Assembly (NCBI GenBank): GCA_016927565.1
Contig: JAFGMK010000018.1
Coordinates: forward strand, 13,119-77,118
Source of the DNA: Minisyncoccota bacterium
GTDB lineage: Bacteria; Patescibacteriota; Microgenomatia; PFEM01; JAFGMK01
DNA: 64,000 nucleotides
Direction: 5' to 3'
Positions 10,188-20,177 of this stretch are shown one piece after another. Position numbers and translations under genes: made by a program. A model generated the notes under the pieces. It ran no database searches and was not told where the DNA came from. It saw only the letters and a list, made by a program, of their open reading frames with translations. How positions within the stretch are numbered: position 1 is the stretch's first letter; the number at the start of each line of letters is the position of its first letter.

Positions 10188-10393
10188 AAAACAGCTGAAC
10201 CTCCGGGATTTAATCAATTTTTTTTTCCTCTAAGCCAGAAACCAAACAATTGAAGAATCGACTCTTTAAGCTTCTGGCGGAAGCCGGCCGAGACATTTAT
10301 CCCCAACTGTTTTTTAACCCTTGACCGGTTGTGGAAAACTTGCTTAAATGATTTCTGCTGCCCTTCTTATTTGGCTTCAATTTAAGATCATTT

Positions 10394-11752
10394 ATGAACA
10401 AAGAAATTCTTTGGCAAACTGTTATTGAAACCTTAAAAATTAATCTCTCTCCAGCTAACTTTTCCACCTGGTTTCCCCAAACCTTTATCCTGAAAATTAA
10501 AAAAGTAAATAATCAACATCAAATTGTGGAAATCGCCTGTCCGTCAACCTTTGTTAAAAACACTATCGAAGATCGTTATTTTGGTCAGATCAAAGAAATT
10601 ATCGATTCCGCCACCGGCCAGAAGTCAAACCTTATTTTCTCCATCAAGCAAGCTGACCAAACCAAAACAACCGCTAATCCGCCCCTTTTCCAATCAACTC
10701 CCGCACCGGTATCAACAGTTAATCATAATAACCAGGGTCTCAATCCCCGATTCGTATTTGAAAGTTTTATTGTCGGCAGCAGCAATAATTTTGCCCATGC
10801 CGCCGCCCGGGGAATTGTGACCAATCCCGGCAAAGCTTACAACCCCTTTTTTATTTATGGCGGAGTAGGCGTCGGCAAAACCCATTTAATGCAAGCTATC
10901 GGCCACGGGATCAGCCAACATTTTCCTGACCACAAAATTATTTATGCTTCCGCTGAAACTTTCACTAATGAACTGGTTGCCAGTCTGCAAAATAAGACAA
11001 CACCAAAATTTAAAAAAAAATATCGCGAGGTTGATGTTCTACTGATTGACGACATTCAATTTATCAGCGGCAAGGAATACTCCCAGGAAGAATTTTTCCA
11101 CACTTTCAACAGTCTTTATATGAACGGCCGTCAAATCGTTTTAACCGCTGACCGGCGGCCTGAAGAAATCTCCCGCCTGGAAGACCGGCTGGTTTCCCGT
11201 TTTCTGGGAGGTTTAACCGTTGACATCCAAGCTCCGGATTACGAGATGAGACTGGCCATCCTCAAGCAAAAATGCCGTCAAAAACAAAAAGAAGTCAGCG
11301 GGGAAGTTTTGGACTTCATTGCCACTCAAGTTGAATCCAATGCCCGGGAGCTGGAAGGAGTTCTTGTCCAAATCCTCACGCTGACCGAGACCAACCGAGC
11401 TGACCTTGATCTTGATTATGTTAGAAAATTCTTTGGTGTTAAAAAGAAACAGCGATCTTTAAAAATCACCCCGGAGAAAATCGTTTCCCTAATCGCAAAA
11501 GAGAGCGGTTTTAAAATCAAAGAAATAACCGGACTTAGCCGGAAGGCCCCTCTGGTTAAAGCCCGACACTTAGCTATGTATCTTTTAAGAAATGACCTGG
11601 AACTGCCTCTGACCAAGATCGGAGAAATATTCGGCGATCGTGACCATACAACGGTGATGCATGCCACGGATAAGATTCAACGCCTTTTTACTTCCAATCA
11701 AAATTTGAGAAGCGAGGTGGTGAATTTAAGAAATAATTTATTTAAGCAATAG
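10394..11752 (+). CDS. dnaA: Chromosomal replication initiator DnaA
   Basis: YNPFFIYGGVGVGKTHL, LLIDDIQF, QEEFFHTFN, RDHTTVMHA. Confidence 0.99.
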   Translation: MNKEILWQTVIETLKINLSPANFSTWFPQTFILKIKKVNNQHQIVEIACPSTFVKNTIEDRYFGQIKEIIDSATGQKSNLIFSIKQADQTKTTANPPLFQSTPAPVSTVNHNNQGLNPRFVFESFIVGSSNNFAHAAARGIVTNPGKAYNPFFIYGGVGVGKTHLMQAIGHGISQHFPDHKIIYASAETFTNELVASLQNKTTPKFKKKYREVDVLLIDDIQFISGKEYSQEEFFHTFNSLYMNGRQIVLTADRRPEEISRLEDRLVSRFLGGLTVDIQAPDYEMRLAILKQKCRQKQKEVSGEVLDFIATQVESNARELEGVLVQILTLTETNRADLDLDYVRKFFGVKKKQRSLKITPEKIVSLIAKESGFKIKEITGLSRKAPLVKARHLAMYLLRNDLELPLTKIGEIFGDRDHTTVMHATDKIQRLFTSNQNLRSEVVNLRNNLFKQ

Positions 11753-12090
11753 AAAATCAATAAAATAAGTTTTGCACAATCTAAGCCGACTTATTCACAT
11801 AATTATCAACAAAAAAGCCGGGGTTTTACAGACGAAAAAGGGCCAAAACAAAGTTAGCCTATAGGGCAGAAAAGTTTTCTTTGTAAGTTAGTAGGATAAT
11901 TCTGGAGTTATCCACTTTTCAGCAGGCAAAACGCAGTCGCGATTTGCACTTTTACCCAAAGACTATTAGAACTACTACTATCTTTAGATAGTATTTAATT
12001 TTTAGTTGCTGATTATTAAAGACAATGGGGATAACTATCCAAAGATTTTCTTTCTGGAAAAACATAATTATTTAATTTACAATGAGAAAG
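11753..12090. promoter_or_regulatory. Putative oriC (dnaA-dnaN intergenic)
   Basis: DnaA-box-like TTATTCACA 11791, TTATCAACA 11803, TTATCCACT 11908, TGGGGATAA 12026; ACTACTACTA trio-like tract at 11971; AT-rich; apparent C-rich to G-rich switch on + strand. Confidence 0.8.
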
Positions 12091-12099
12091 GGTCTTTTT

Positions 12100-13221
12100 A
12101 TGAAACTGACAGTTTTACAGGAAAATTTAAATAAAGGCTTGCTAGTCGCCGCCAGGACAGTCGCTTCCCGGCCTCAGTTACCGGTTTTAACCCATGTTTT
12201 ATTGGCTGCTGACAAGGGCCGATTGAGAATCGCCTCGACTAATTTGGAAACCGGGATTAACCTTTGGGTTGGGGCTAAAATTGAAGAAGAGGGTTCAATT
12301 ACTATTCCGGCCAGGATTCTTTCTGAATTTGTTTCTTCCCTTCCCTCTGATAAGGTTGTTCTTCAAACCAAAGAAAACCTTTTAAATTTGATCTCAGGGC
12401 GTTTTAGGGCCTCTTTTAATGGCCTGTCAGCCAGTGAGTTTCCCAAAATTGCTTCAACTCAAGGAAGGCCGATTTTAACGATTGAATCTGAAACACTGAC
12501 CAAAGCTGTCAGCCAGGTAGCTTTTGCAGCGGCCGCTGATGAAACCCGGCCGGCCTTAACCGGAGTTTTCTTTTTTCCCAAAGGGGAAAATCTGAATTTA
12601 GTGGCAACTGACGGATACCGCTTGAGTCTTAAAACGCTGACATCTTCTTTAACGCCTGAGGCAAAAGAGAAATTAACCAAAGGGATAGTGGTGCCCGCTC
12701 GGGCCTTTAGTGAGGTAGCTCGGATTGCCGGCGATGAGGAAGGCAAAGTTAAATTTTATTTTATGCCCGAAAGCAGTCAGTTGATTTTTATGATTAATCA
12801 GATTGAGGTGGTGACTCGTCTGATTGAGGCGGATTTTCCGGAATTTGAAAAAATAATTCCGGTTGAAGGCAAAATCAAGGCAGAGATCGAAACCCAGGAT
12901 TTTATTCGGGTGATTAAAATGGCGGCCATTTTTGCGCGGGAAAGCGCCAACATTATCCGTTTTTCTCTGGGTAAATCCGGTGTGGAGGTAAGTGCCAATA
13001 CCGCTCAGGTAGGCGAAAATAAAAGTTTGGTAGAGGTGAAGGTGGAAGGAGGAGAAGATAAAATTGCCTTTAATTCCCGCTATCTTTTGGATTTTTTAAG
13101 CGCAGTTAGGGACGAGTCTTTTACTTTGACCATTAATGGGCCATTGAGTCCGGGTGTTTTTAAACCCTTGAAAGACAACTCTTTTCTTCATGTGATTATG
13201 CCGGTGCGGGTGCAGGAGTAG
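12100..13221 (+). CDS. dnaN: DNA polymerase III beta clamp
   Basis: STNLE, RPALTGV, VATDGYRL, FNSRYLLD, HVIMPVR; follows dnaA. Confidence 0.98.
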   Translation: MKLTVLQENLNKGLLVAARTVASRPQLPVLTHVLLAADKGRLRIASTNLETGINLWVGAKIEEEGSITIPARILSEFVSSLPSDKVVLQTKENLLNLISGRFRASFNGLSASEFPKIASTQGRPILTIESETLTKAVSQVAFAAAADETRPALTGVFFFPKGENLNLVATDGYRLSLKTLTSSLTPEAKEKLTKGIVVPARAFSEVARIAGDEEGKVKFYFMPESSQLIFMINQIEVVTRLIEADFPEFEKIIPVEGKIKAEIETQDFIRVIKMAAIFARESANIIRFSLGKSGVEVSANTAQVGENKSLVEVKVEGGEDKIAFNSRYLLDFLSAVRDESFTLTINGPLSPGVFKPLKDNSFLHVIMPVRVQE

Positions 13222-13247
13222 ACGGGTTTGGGATTAGTTAGCTATCC

Positions 13248-13282
13248 GATCCCGGATCGAAGGATTAAGACGATCCGGGATC
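13248..13282. repeat. Palindromic repeat GATCCCGGATCG-11nt-CGATCCGGGATC (possible bidirectional terminator)
   Basis: Perfect 12-bp inverted repeat between convergent genes; related copies at 33460 and 34683. Confidence 0.75.
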
Positions 13283-13298
13283 AGTCATTTTTTGTCAC

Positions 13299-14336
13299 CT
13301 ATTCTAAGTATTCTGGAGAGATGGCGGGAATGATGATGGAGAGGATAACGGCTTTTTGGTCGCTGGCAACTCCTTTACCGGAAAAGAGGTAGTGGGGAAT
13401 CAAAATATCTTCTTGAGAGTAGAAATAAACTAGCTGAACTTGATCTAGGTTGGCTGATTTAAGACCGGTGATGTTTAGAGGTATTTCCGAGTAATCATTT
13501 CCTTGACTTTTCGATGAATAATGAAGAAAGGTTATTTGACCTTGCCCTTGGTTAATGAGAGTGATTGCCTGGTCGAGGCTCGTTAAGGGATAGGTTTCTT
13601 GCTTTTCAAACTCTTGGGGTAGAAATTTGAAGACGGTTTTGGAGATTCTATTTTCTGAACCAACCCAGACGGTGAAAGGAAAGGTATTAGTGCCGAGTTG
13701 GAAGATTGGCCAGGAATCAAGTTTCTTTTGATAATTCAGCTTGATAGTGGTGGCTTTTTCAAAATCGGAAGGGAGATATTCGCCGCCACCGGATTTTAAA
13801 TAACTAATGCTTTCCTGGTCAAGCTCGAATTGATCAGGATTAAGTTTGATTTGGCTGGCAAAATTAGAGACGGCTTCTTGAGCTTTGGTTAAGTCTGGTT
13901 TCTTTCCCAGCGAAGGTTCTTGGTTAAAACGGACAAGATTTTGCCTTAGATCGCAATTTAGGCTGTAGTTTTCACTTTGCCAAAACCTAAAAAAATCATC
14001 GCTGACAAGCCGGTTTTCCTGGAGTTTAAACAGGTCGGCAATAGTCTGGCAAAATGAAATCATGTCCGGGTTTTCTGCGGCCTGATAAAGAGCCAGTTTT
14101 TGAGGAAAATCCGGCCGTTTGCCCGAAAAGCGGATATTTTGAATTTGAAATTGGCCTTGAGAATCGTTTTTAACGGTTGGTTTTTTGACCAGGGGCAGGT
14201 TGGGTTGGCTGGTTGGGGAGGGTTTTCGTCCCGGTGTTTGATTAGTCAACCAGGCCAAACCGACAATTAGAACAATTAAGATCATAATCAGCCAAAAAGC
14301 CGGTTTTTTAAAAAGGTTCTTGATTTTATTAATCAT
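13299..14336 (-). CDS. Hypothetical membrane-anchored extracytoplasmic protein (last gene of T4SS-like operon)
   Basis: 345 aa, single N-terminal TM, 14 bp downstream of the M23 gene. Confidence 0.75.
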   Translation of the reverse strand: MINKIKNLFKKPAFWLIMILIVLIVGLAWLTNQTPGRKPSPTSQPNLPLVKKPTVKNDSQGQFQIQNIRFSGKRPDFPQKLALYQAAENPDMISFCQTIADLFKLQENRLVSDDFFRFWQSENYSLNCDLRQNLVRFNQEPSLGKKPDLTKAQEAVSNFASQIKLNPDQFELDQESISYLKSGGGEYLPSDFEKATTIKLNYQKKLDSWPIFQLGTNTFPFTVWVGSENRISKTVFKFLPQEFEKQETYPLTSLDQAITLINQGQGQITFLHYSSKSQGNDYSEIPLNITGLKSANLDQVQLVYFYSQEDILIPHYLFSGKGVASDQKAVILSIIIPAISPEYLE

Positions 14337-14350
14337 GATTTTATTTTGTC

Positions 14351-17300
14351 CTAAGGACAGCTAGAACTAACATTAATTCGATCCAGATATGGCGGCAGAT
14401 AGACTTTTTCTTCAATTGGTGGCGAAGTGGCCGGAACGTAACTTAGAATGTCAACTCCCAGGCCGGGATTGCCTCTTAATTCATAGTGAAGATGATTGCC
14501 TTCTGAATTCCCGGTGCTGTTTACAAAGCCGATTAACTGACAAAAGCTGACTGAAGTATTGCCGCCGTCATCAATGTCTGAGAATTCGGTGGCAAATTTC
14601 TGTAGGTGGACGTATCGAGTTTCAAAATGGTCACAACCCAGGGACGAACATAGCTTGATCCAGTTACCGCCGGTGCCACCCTTACCGCCGTCGCGGTAAA
14701 AATAGGCGGTGCCATTATGAGTGGCGTAAACTGGGGTGCCTTCTCCGGCGGCAATGTCGATTGAATTTGAATAAGCGCCGTCGGGGTCGTGAGAGCCGCC
14801 AACAGCTCTCGGTCCTTGAGTGATAAAGCCGGAAGTAGGCCAGCCGGTGGGGATCATTTCCGAGGGGTCACCGATCTTGACGCGGGCAGAAGCGCTTTGG
14901 CTTTCGCCGATGATATTTTGTTCCGGATCGTCAGGATCAATTATTACATCGGCGGTGGCAATGACGGTGTCAATCAGCCAGGAGTCATGGATTTGACTGA
15001 TATCGGTAATTTCAACTCCGACTTGACTTTCGATCGCGCTGCGGACTAGGGCAACATCATATTCCAGAACAATTACTTCATCCGGATTTAAGATTAGTGG
15101 AATTAGCTCGGAGTTGCTGCTGTCCCAGAGCCTGATTTGATTGCCGGAGGCGTCTTTCACCACTTGATATTCGCCCTGAACATCCGGATTAAGATTGTGA
15201 ATGACAGTTTCATTGCTGACAGTAATGTTGGTCAGAGCGTTTTCTACGGCATAAATTTCGATTCGGTAATTGATAATTGCCGGCTCCTTGGTTTGAAGAG
15301 GATTAGCTACTTCCCCGGGGACGGCAGTTTTAACCACATCAATGTAGGCTGAGCTGATAATCTCTTCTTCAAAACGACCCTGGGGGGTTTCCTGGGGAGT
15401 GACCATAAAAGCGCCGCCGCTGATTAGTACCACGATAAAAGTGCTTAGAGAAATCAGAATTAAATAAAGAGCAATGATCCGGCGCAGGTTTAGCCGGATT
15501 TGCCATTGCCAGAGCCAAGCTAGAAAAGCAGTGGTGCCGGTGGTGACCAGGGTAGTGGTGGTAGTAGCGAGGACGGCGGTCGTGGCGGCAATGGTTGAAA
15601 GTGATCCGATGATGACTACGCTGCCGATAACCAATCCGGCGCCGATTAATAAGGCGGTTGGTCCCAGGGTGAAAAAGGCGGCCATTAAAAGCGGTCCGGC
15701 TAAACCCAGAATATTAAAAATCTGTTTTAAATTACCCTTAAGGCCGCCTTCTTTTTGGCCTTCACGGAAGTAACGGAAGGTGATTAATCCGCCGAAAATC
15801 TTAAAACCTCTTCTGAGCATGCCGATCGGGCCGGCGGCGATATCTATTAATAATCCCAGTGGTTTGCCGATCACTGGAATTGCCTCAACCAGACTGACGG
15901 CCATATCGTAAAAACCGAAAATTGCCAAAACTTGAGTGACTCCGGTAGGCAGGGCCAGGGCGGCAAGGTTGACAGAGCCTTTAATGCCGAGTTTTTTTGC
16001 CAGCCAGGCGGCTCCTTTGCCGGCCAATTCTGCTGCTTTTTCTTTTACAGCTTTTCTGGCAGCTTTGAGCGATTGCTGAACCCAGGCGTAAGCTTTTTTA
16101 AAAGGCCGGAGGAGGGCCCGGCTGGCCCGGCCGGCGTATTCGCCGACGAATTTGCCGGCTTGGCCGACATATCTGGCGCCGGTAGTAAATAGTTGCCGGC
16201 CTTGGGTTAAAATCCAGGCAAAGGGCCGGCCAATCCCGGAGCGGTTGAGAATAAGAATCAGTTTTTCAAGACCGGCCCCGGCTAACTTGAAGGGGGTGCC
16301 CAGGCCTTTGCCAATTATTTTCAGGGTTTTTCCTAAACCGCTGGTGATTCCCTGCCATATCTTTTTCAGCCTTTCCGGAACCTTTATTTTTTGCTTGATT
16401 TCAGCGAGTCGTAATTTCAGCTGGGGGAGGCCCAATTTTTCCCTGATTTTTTCAAGCCTGCTTTTGGTAAATCCCCGGCGCCGTTCTTTGTCAAAAGCCA
16501 GTCTCAAAGCTTCAGCGATCTTGGGATGCTCTTCTTCAAATTTCAGAAGATTATTCCTGAGATGGCGGTACTGGCCGATAAGCCCCTGATTAACATCGAT
16601 GTTGCCGGGGGCAACATCACGGAGAATCGCTTCCAGCTGGATAATCGTTTCGTCGATGTCTTCCAGCCTGACGCCATTGGCCAGAATCACCAGGGGATGC
16701 TGAGGACCGTATTGGGGGTGTTTTTCCAGGTAAGGGGCGAGTTGTTTTAGAATTTGAGAGCGGACAGGAGTCGGCGATCGGTTGAAGAAAAACTGGAAAA
16801 GGTTAGCCTCTTCTGATACAGGAGCTGGTTCTGCTGATACAGGAGCTGGTTCTGCCGGCGCCGGTGGTTCTTCGGGCCGCGTTGGGGTTGGGGAAGGGCG
16901 TCTTCTTCTGGCAGGCGCCGGAGGAGTTCTTCTCGGAGGAGGTTGATAATGGCCGGTTTCATCTACCGGCAGCTCGTCCAACTTTTTCTGAGTCTCCGGT
17001 GCTAATTCCTGTCCGATTATCTCAGGTTCAATTACGGTTTGCATTTCTGCAACCATTTTCTCAATTTCCCGGTCTTTGTCTGCAATGCTAACCCAATAGG
17101 CCTTAAGTGCTTCTTTCAAGGCTGTTTCGGCTTGTTCTCGAGTGGCGCCGGGGGGGAGATTTTGGCGGATACTTCCTAAAACGGCCTCCTTGATTTTTTG
17201 CCTGGCATATGTTTCAAAAGAATTGTCAAAGCCAGGAATGATTGCTAAAAAGGGATGAAGTTCTCTTTGTCTTTTTTTGGCTTCCTCAATGGCTTCTTGG

Positions 17301-18136
17301 ATTTCAGGCTCATCCTCCAACAGCTCGTCAAGCAGGTCGTTGAAATCGGGGGTGACGGTTACCGGGATTGGCTCATTATCACCGGCGCGGCCGTATTGAG
17401 CAATAGGGGCTTCTTCTTGCTGGGGTGACGGCCGGCTTGGCGGAGACAGAGGCGGGGTGAGGGGATGAGGAACAGTGGCTGCTGGTCTGGTTTTGGGCAG
17501 AGCAGCAGCTCTGGGCGGAGGAGGGTTGGGATTAAAATCTCGGGGAAAGGGTTTGCTTCTGACGGCATGGTCTCTCCGCCCTCCCAGATCAACATTGGCT
17601 AAGATAGTGAGTCGGCCGGGCCGGATTTCGGCGGGATTGCCGCGAGAGTCAGTGATTGGGCCTCCGTTGCTTTCCCGAATTAAAGCAAAAAGATTTTCCG
17701 GTTTTTCTTCAAGCGCCTGGGCCAGTCTTTCGGCTTCTTCTTGACTGGTTATCCAGACTGCCCGCAAAGCGTTGCTTCTGGCCCCACCGGTACCTTCATC
17801 AGGGCCTCTTTGGTCAATGTGATGACCGTGAACGGCTGCTAAAGTAATCACATCATTAGGACTGAATTTGCCTTTTAAATTTCCTTTTACTTTTGGGGGG
17901 ATGGCAGGACTGCTAAGAGGAACCTGAATAACACGGCTGTAGCCTTCCTGAGGAACATCATATCCGGGGAGAGTTAGCCGGACTTCGCTGTCAATAGGCG
18001 TGCTTTGAAGTAAATCGTAAACTTGATTATCGCCCCGGACCTGATAACCTCTGGGAGAATAATTTTCGATTGCCTGGCCTTTGATTGCAAATTTTTCTGC
18101 GTGACCAGTGGTGGATTCTGTATTAATGGCGGCCAT
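14351..18136 (-). CDS. Large multidomain membrane protein with C-terminal M23 peptidase; start may be 18154
   Basis: C-terminal SH...SIDIA, GTPVYATHNG, TRYVHL, GFVNSTGNSEGNHLHYE; Pro-rich linkers, Lys/Ala/Gly amphipathic region and a TM cluster. Confidence 0.85.
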   Translation of the reverse strand: MAAINTESTTGHAEKFAIKGQAIENYSPRGYQVRGDNQVYDLLQSTPIDSEVRLTLPGYDVPQEGYSRVIQVPLSSPAIPPKVKGNLKGKFSPNDVITLAAVHGHHIDQRGPDEGTGGARSNALRAVWITSQEEAERLAQALEEKPENLFALIRESNGGPITDSRGNPAEIRPGRLTILANVDLGGRRDHAVRSKPFPRDFNPNPPPPRAAALPKTRPAATVPHPLTPPLSPPSRPSPQQEEAPIAQYGRAGDNEPIPVTVTPDFNDLLDELLEDEPEIQEAIEEAKKRQRELHPFLAIIPGFDNSFETYARQKIKEAVLGSIRQNLPPGATREQAETALKEALKAYWVSIADKDREIEKMVAEMQTVIEPEIIGQELAPETQKKLDELPVDETGHYQPPPRRTPPAPARRRRPSPTPTRPEEPPAPAEPAPVSAEPAPVSEEANLFQFFFNRSPTPVRSQILKQLAPYLEKHPQYGPQHPLVILANGVRLEDIDETIIQLEAILRDVAPGNIDVNQGLIGQYRHLRNNLLKFEEEHPKIAEALRLAFDKERRRGFTKSRLEKIREKLGLPQLKLRLAEIKQKIKVPERLKKIWQGITSGLGKTLKIIGKGLGTPFKLAGAGLEKLILILNRSGIGRPFAWILTQGRQLFTTGARYVGQAGKFVGEYAGRASRALLRPFKKAYAWVQQSLKAARKAVKEKAAELAGKGAAWLAKKLGIKGSVNLAALALPTGVTQVLAIFGFYDMAVSLVEAIPVIGKPLGLLIDIAAGPIGMLRRGFKIFGGLITFRYFREGQKEGGLKGNLKQIFNILGLAGPLLMAAFFTLGPTALLIGAGLVIGSVVIIGSLSTIAATTAVLATTTTTLVTTGTTAFLAWLWQWQIRLNLRRIIALYLILISLSTFIVVLISGGAFMVTPQETPQGRFEEEIISSAYIDVVKTAVPGEVANPLQTKEPAIINYRIEIYAVENALTNITVSNETVIHNLNPDVQGEYQVVKDASGNQIRLWDSSNSELIPLILNPDEVIVLEYDVALVRSAIESQVGVEITDISQIHDSWLIDTVIATADVIIDPDDPEQNIIGESQSASARVKIGDPSEMIPTGWPTSGFITQGPRAVGGSHDPDGAYSNSIDIAAGEGTPVYATHNGTAYFYRDGGKGGTGGNWIKLCSSLGCDHFETRYVHLQKFATEFSDIDDGGNTSVSFCQLIGFVNSTGNSEGNHLHYELRGNPGLGVDILSYVPATSPPIEEKVYLPPYLDRINVSSSCP
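16813..16854. repeat. 21-bp tandem duplication encoding (AEPAPVS)x2
   Basis: CTGATACAGGAGCTGGTTCTG x2, in frame. Confidence 0.8.
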
Positions 18137-18189
18137 TAGAAGTAATGATACCAATTTTCGGCTTGGGAGTAAATAGGCGGGGACTCTTT

Positions 18190-20151
18190 TTATTCCCGGA
18201 AATTACCGGTCAGAGAAGCTACTTCGGCTGGTGAAGCTGCGTTTTGGGGAGTGACGGTTTCTATCCGGAAGGCTGATTCATCCGGCGGCAGATTGGGAGT
18301 AAGGGTGATTTTGGCTTGAGCCTTGGCGGCTTCAATTTTTTTTCTTTTCTCCTCAGCCAGGCGGAGGAGTTCTTCCGGATTACTGGTAATTAAGTTGTGC
18401 TCTTCAGGAGAGGCAACGACACGGATAGCCACATGATTAGCTCCGGCAAAGAAAAGGCCCTCGCCGACATCAGCCGCCAAAAGGAGATGTCTTTCTCCTT
18501 CGGAAAGGTAAAAAACCTCAGCTAATTTGTCAATCGCGGCCGGCGATTGCTTCATCAGGATTTGAATGGAGGAATTAGTGACGATTTCCTTACCGTATTC
18601 GGTTGCAAAAAAGTCTTCAACATCCTGGGTGATGGTGGTTAATCCCAGGTAGTATTTCCGGGCTCTTTTGGCAATTGAACGCAGGAAATTAGCCGAATCG
18701 GGATAACGCATCATGTACCAGGCTTCGTCAACGACCATGATTCTTTTTTTCATCTCTTTTCTGACTCTGGTCCAGATATAGTCAAGAATAATAAACATCG
18801 CTACCGGCCGGAGAGTGTCTTCCAGATCTCTCAGGGAAAAAGCGGTGAAGGGATTGCTCAGGTCGACGTTCGAATGTTGATCAAAAATACCCCGGAATGA
18901 GCCTCTGACGAACTTTTCAATCCGGTCGGCTAAAGATCGGGCTTCGGCTTCTTCCATGCCGGTGAGAGCTTTATAGAGATCTTCCATTAGGGGAGGTTCG
19001 TTTTGTTGAGTTGCCGGATCGGGGGTGATGCCTTTCATTTTGTAGGTGAGAACCAGAGCGCGGTCAAGAGTGGCTTCCTCGGAAGGGGTCAGATGGCCCA
19101 TGACTACCTTAAAAAGCGAGTGAAGGGAAAGGATTTTTTGATTCAGCTCGTTTTCGCCTTCAGCATAAACGGCTGAAAGATCGAAGGGGTTAATTTTAGC
19201 TTGAGAGCCGAAGCCGAAACTAATGTATTGACCGTCAAGAGTTTCGCAGAGCGTTTTATATTCTGATTCAGGATCGATCACAATGACTTCTGCCCCGAAC
19301 ATTATCGAGCGGAGCGATTCCAGTTTGACCATGTAAGATTTCCCGGCCCCGCTTTTGGCAAAAACAACCGCATTGGCGTTTTCCATGGTAAAGCGGTCGA
19401 AAATTACCAGAGAGTCATTGTGTTCATTGATGCCGTAAAGAATGCCTTCGTTAGCTGTCAGTTCTGAAGAGGTAAAGGGAAAGGTGGTGGCGAGAGAGGT
19501 GGTGTCCATGTTGCGGCTGATCATCAATTTATCGGTGCAGATGGGGATGGTGGTTTTAAAACCTTCTTCCATTTGAAGGGTGGCGTGTTTGGAAATAATT
19601 AAAAGTGAGCCTAGGGTGGCCTCGATTTGTTTTGAAACCTGATTCAGTTCTTCTAAGGATTCAGCCGGGATGGTGACATATAGGGAAAACTGGAAAAAGC
19701 GCTCGGCGCCTTTGACTAATTCTGCCTGGAGTGACTGGGCGTCTTCCAGTTTTGCCTGAGTGCCGGGGTCGACTATCCGGCCTCTCTCGAGGTCGGTTTT
19801 AATCTCAGCTTCCATTTCGGCAATCTTTCTTCTTAATTTGTCCAGGATTGAACGTCCTTCGACCGGATAAACAAACATCGAAACATCAAGGGAATGGTCA
19901 AAGTTAATCAGAGGGGCCAGCCAGTTGGCGGAAACATAGCGGGGATAGCCGGAGACGAAAAGAGTTCTGAAATAGGTGGTGCCGATTTTGATGTGGTCAA
20001 AATCCACTTCAATGGCTGAGGGGGCGATGATGTCTTGGATGCTGACAATTCCCTGAGACAATTTGTCTTCAACCGAAGCCGCTGATAGCCCCTGATTTTT
20101 AACCGGAGCCGTTTTTTGTTTTTTCTTTTTGAACTTGTCTAAAAAGGTCAT
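18190..20151 (-). CDS. virB4: VirB4-like T4SS ATPase (ConE/TrsE type)
   Basis: AKSGAGKS Walker A, VIDPESEY, INPFD, MVVDEAW Walker B, KRARKY...TQDVEDF. Confidence 0.92.
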   Translation of the reverse strand: MTFLDKFKKKKQKTAPVKNQGLSAASVEDKLSQGIVSIQDIIAPSAIEVDFDHIKIGTTYFRTLFVSGYPRYVSANWLAPLINFDHSLDVSMFVYPVEGRSILDKLRRKIAEMEAEIKTDLERGRIVDPGTQAKLEDAQSLQAELVKGAERFFQFSLYVTIPAESLEELNQVSKQIEATLGSLLIISKHATLQMEEGFKTTIPICTDKLMISRNMDTTSLATTFPFTSSELTANEGILYGINEHNDSLVIFDRFTMENANAVVFAKSGAGKSYMVKLESLRSIMFGAEVIVIDPESEYKTLCETLDGQYISFGFGSQAKINPFDLSAVYAEGENELNQKILSLHSLFKVVMGHLTPSEEATLDRALVLTYKMKGITPDPATQQNEPPLMEDLYKALTGMEEAEARSLADRIEKFVRGSFRGIFDQHSNVDLSNPFTAFSLRDLEDTLRPVAMFIILDYIWTRVRKEMKKRIMVVDEAWYMMRYPDSANFLRSIAKRARKYYLGLTTITQDVEDFFATEYGKEIVTNSSIQILMKQSPAAIDKLAEVFYLSEGERHLLLAADVGEGLFFAGANHVAIRVVASPEEHNLITSNPEELLRLAEEKRKKIEAAKAQAKITLTPNLPPDESAFRIETVTPQNAASPAEVASLTGNFRE

Positions 20152-20177
20152 GGTTCTTCTTTTTTTATAGGCTGTTT

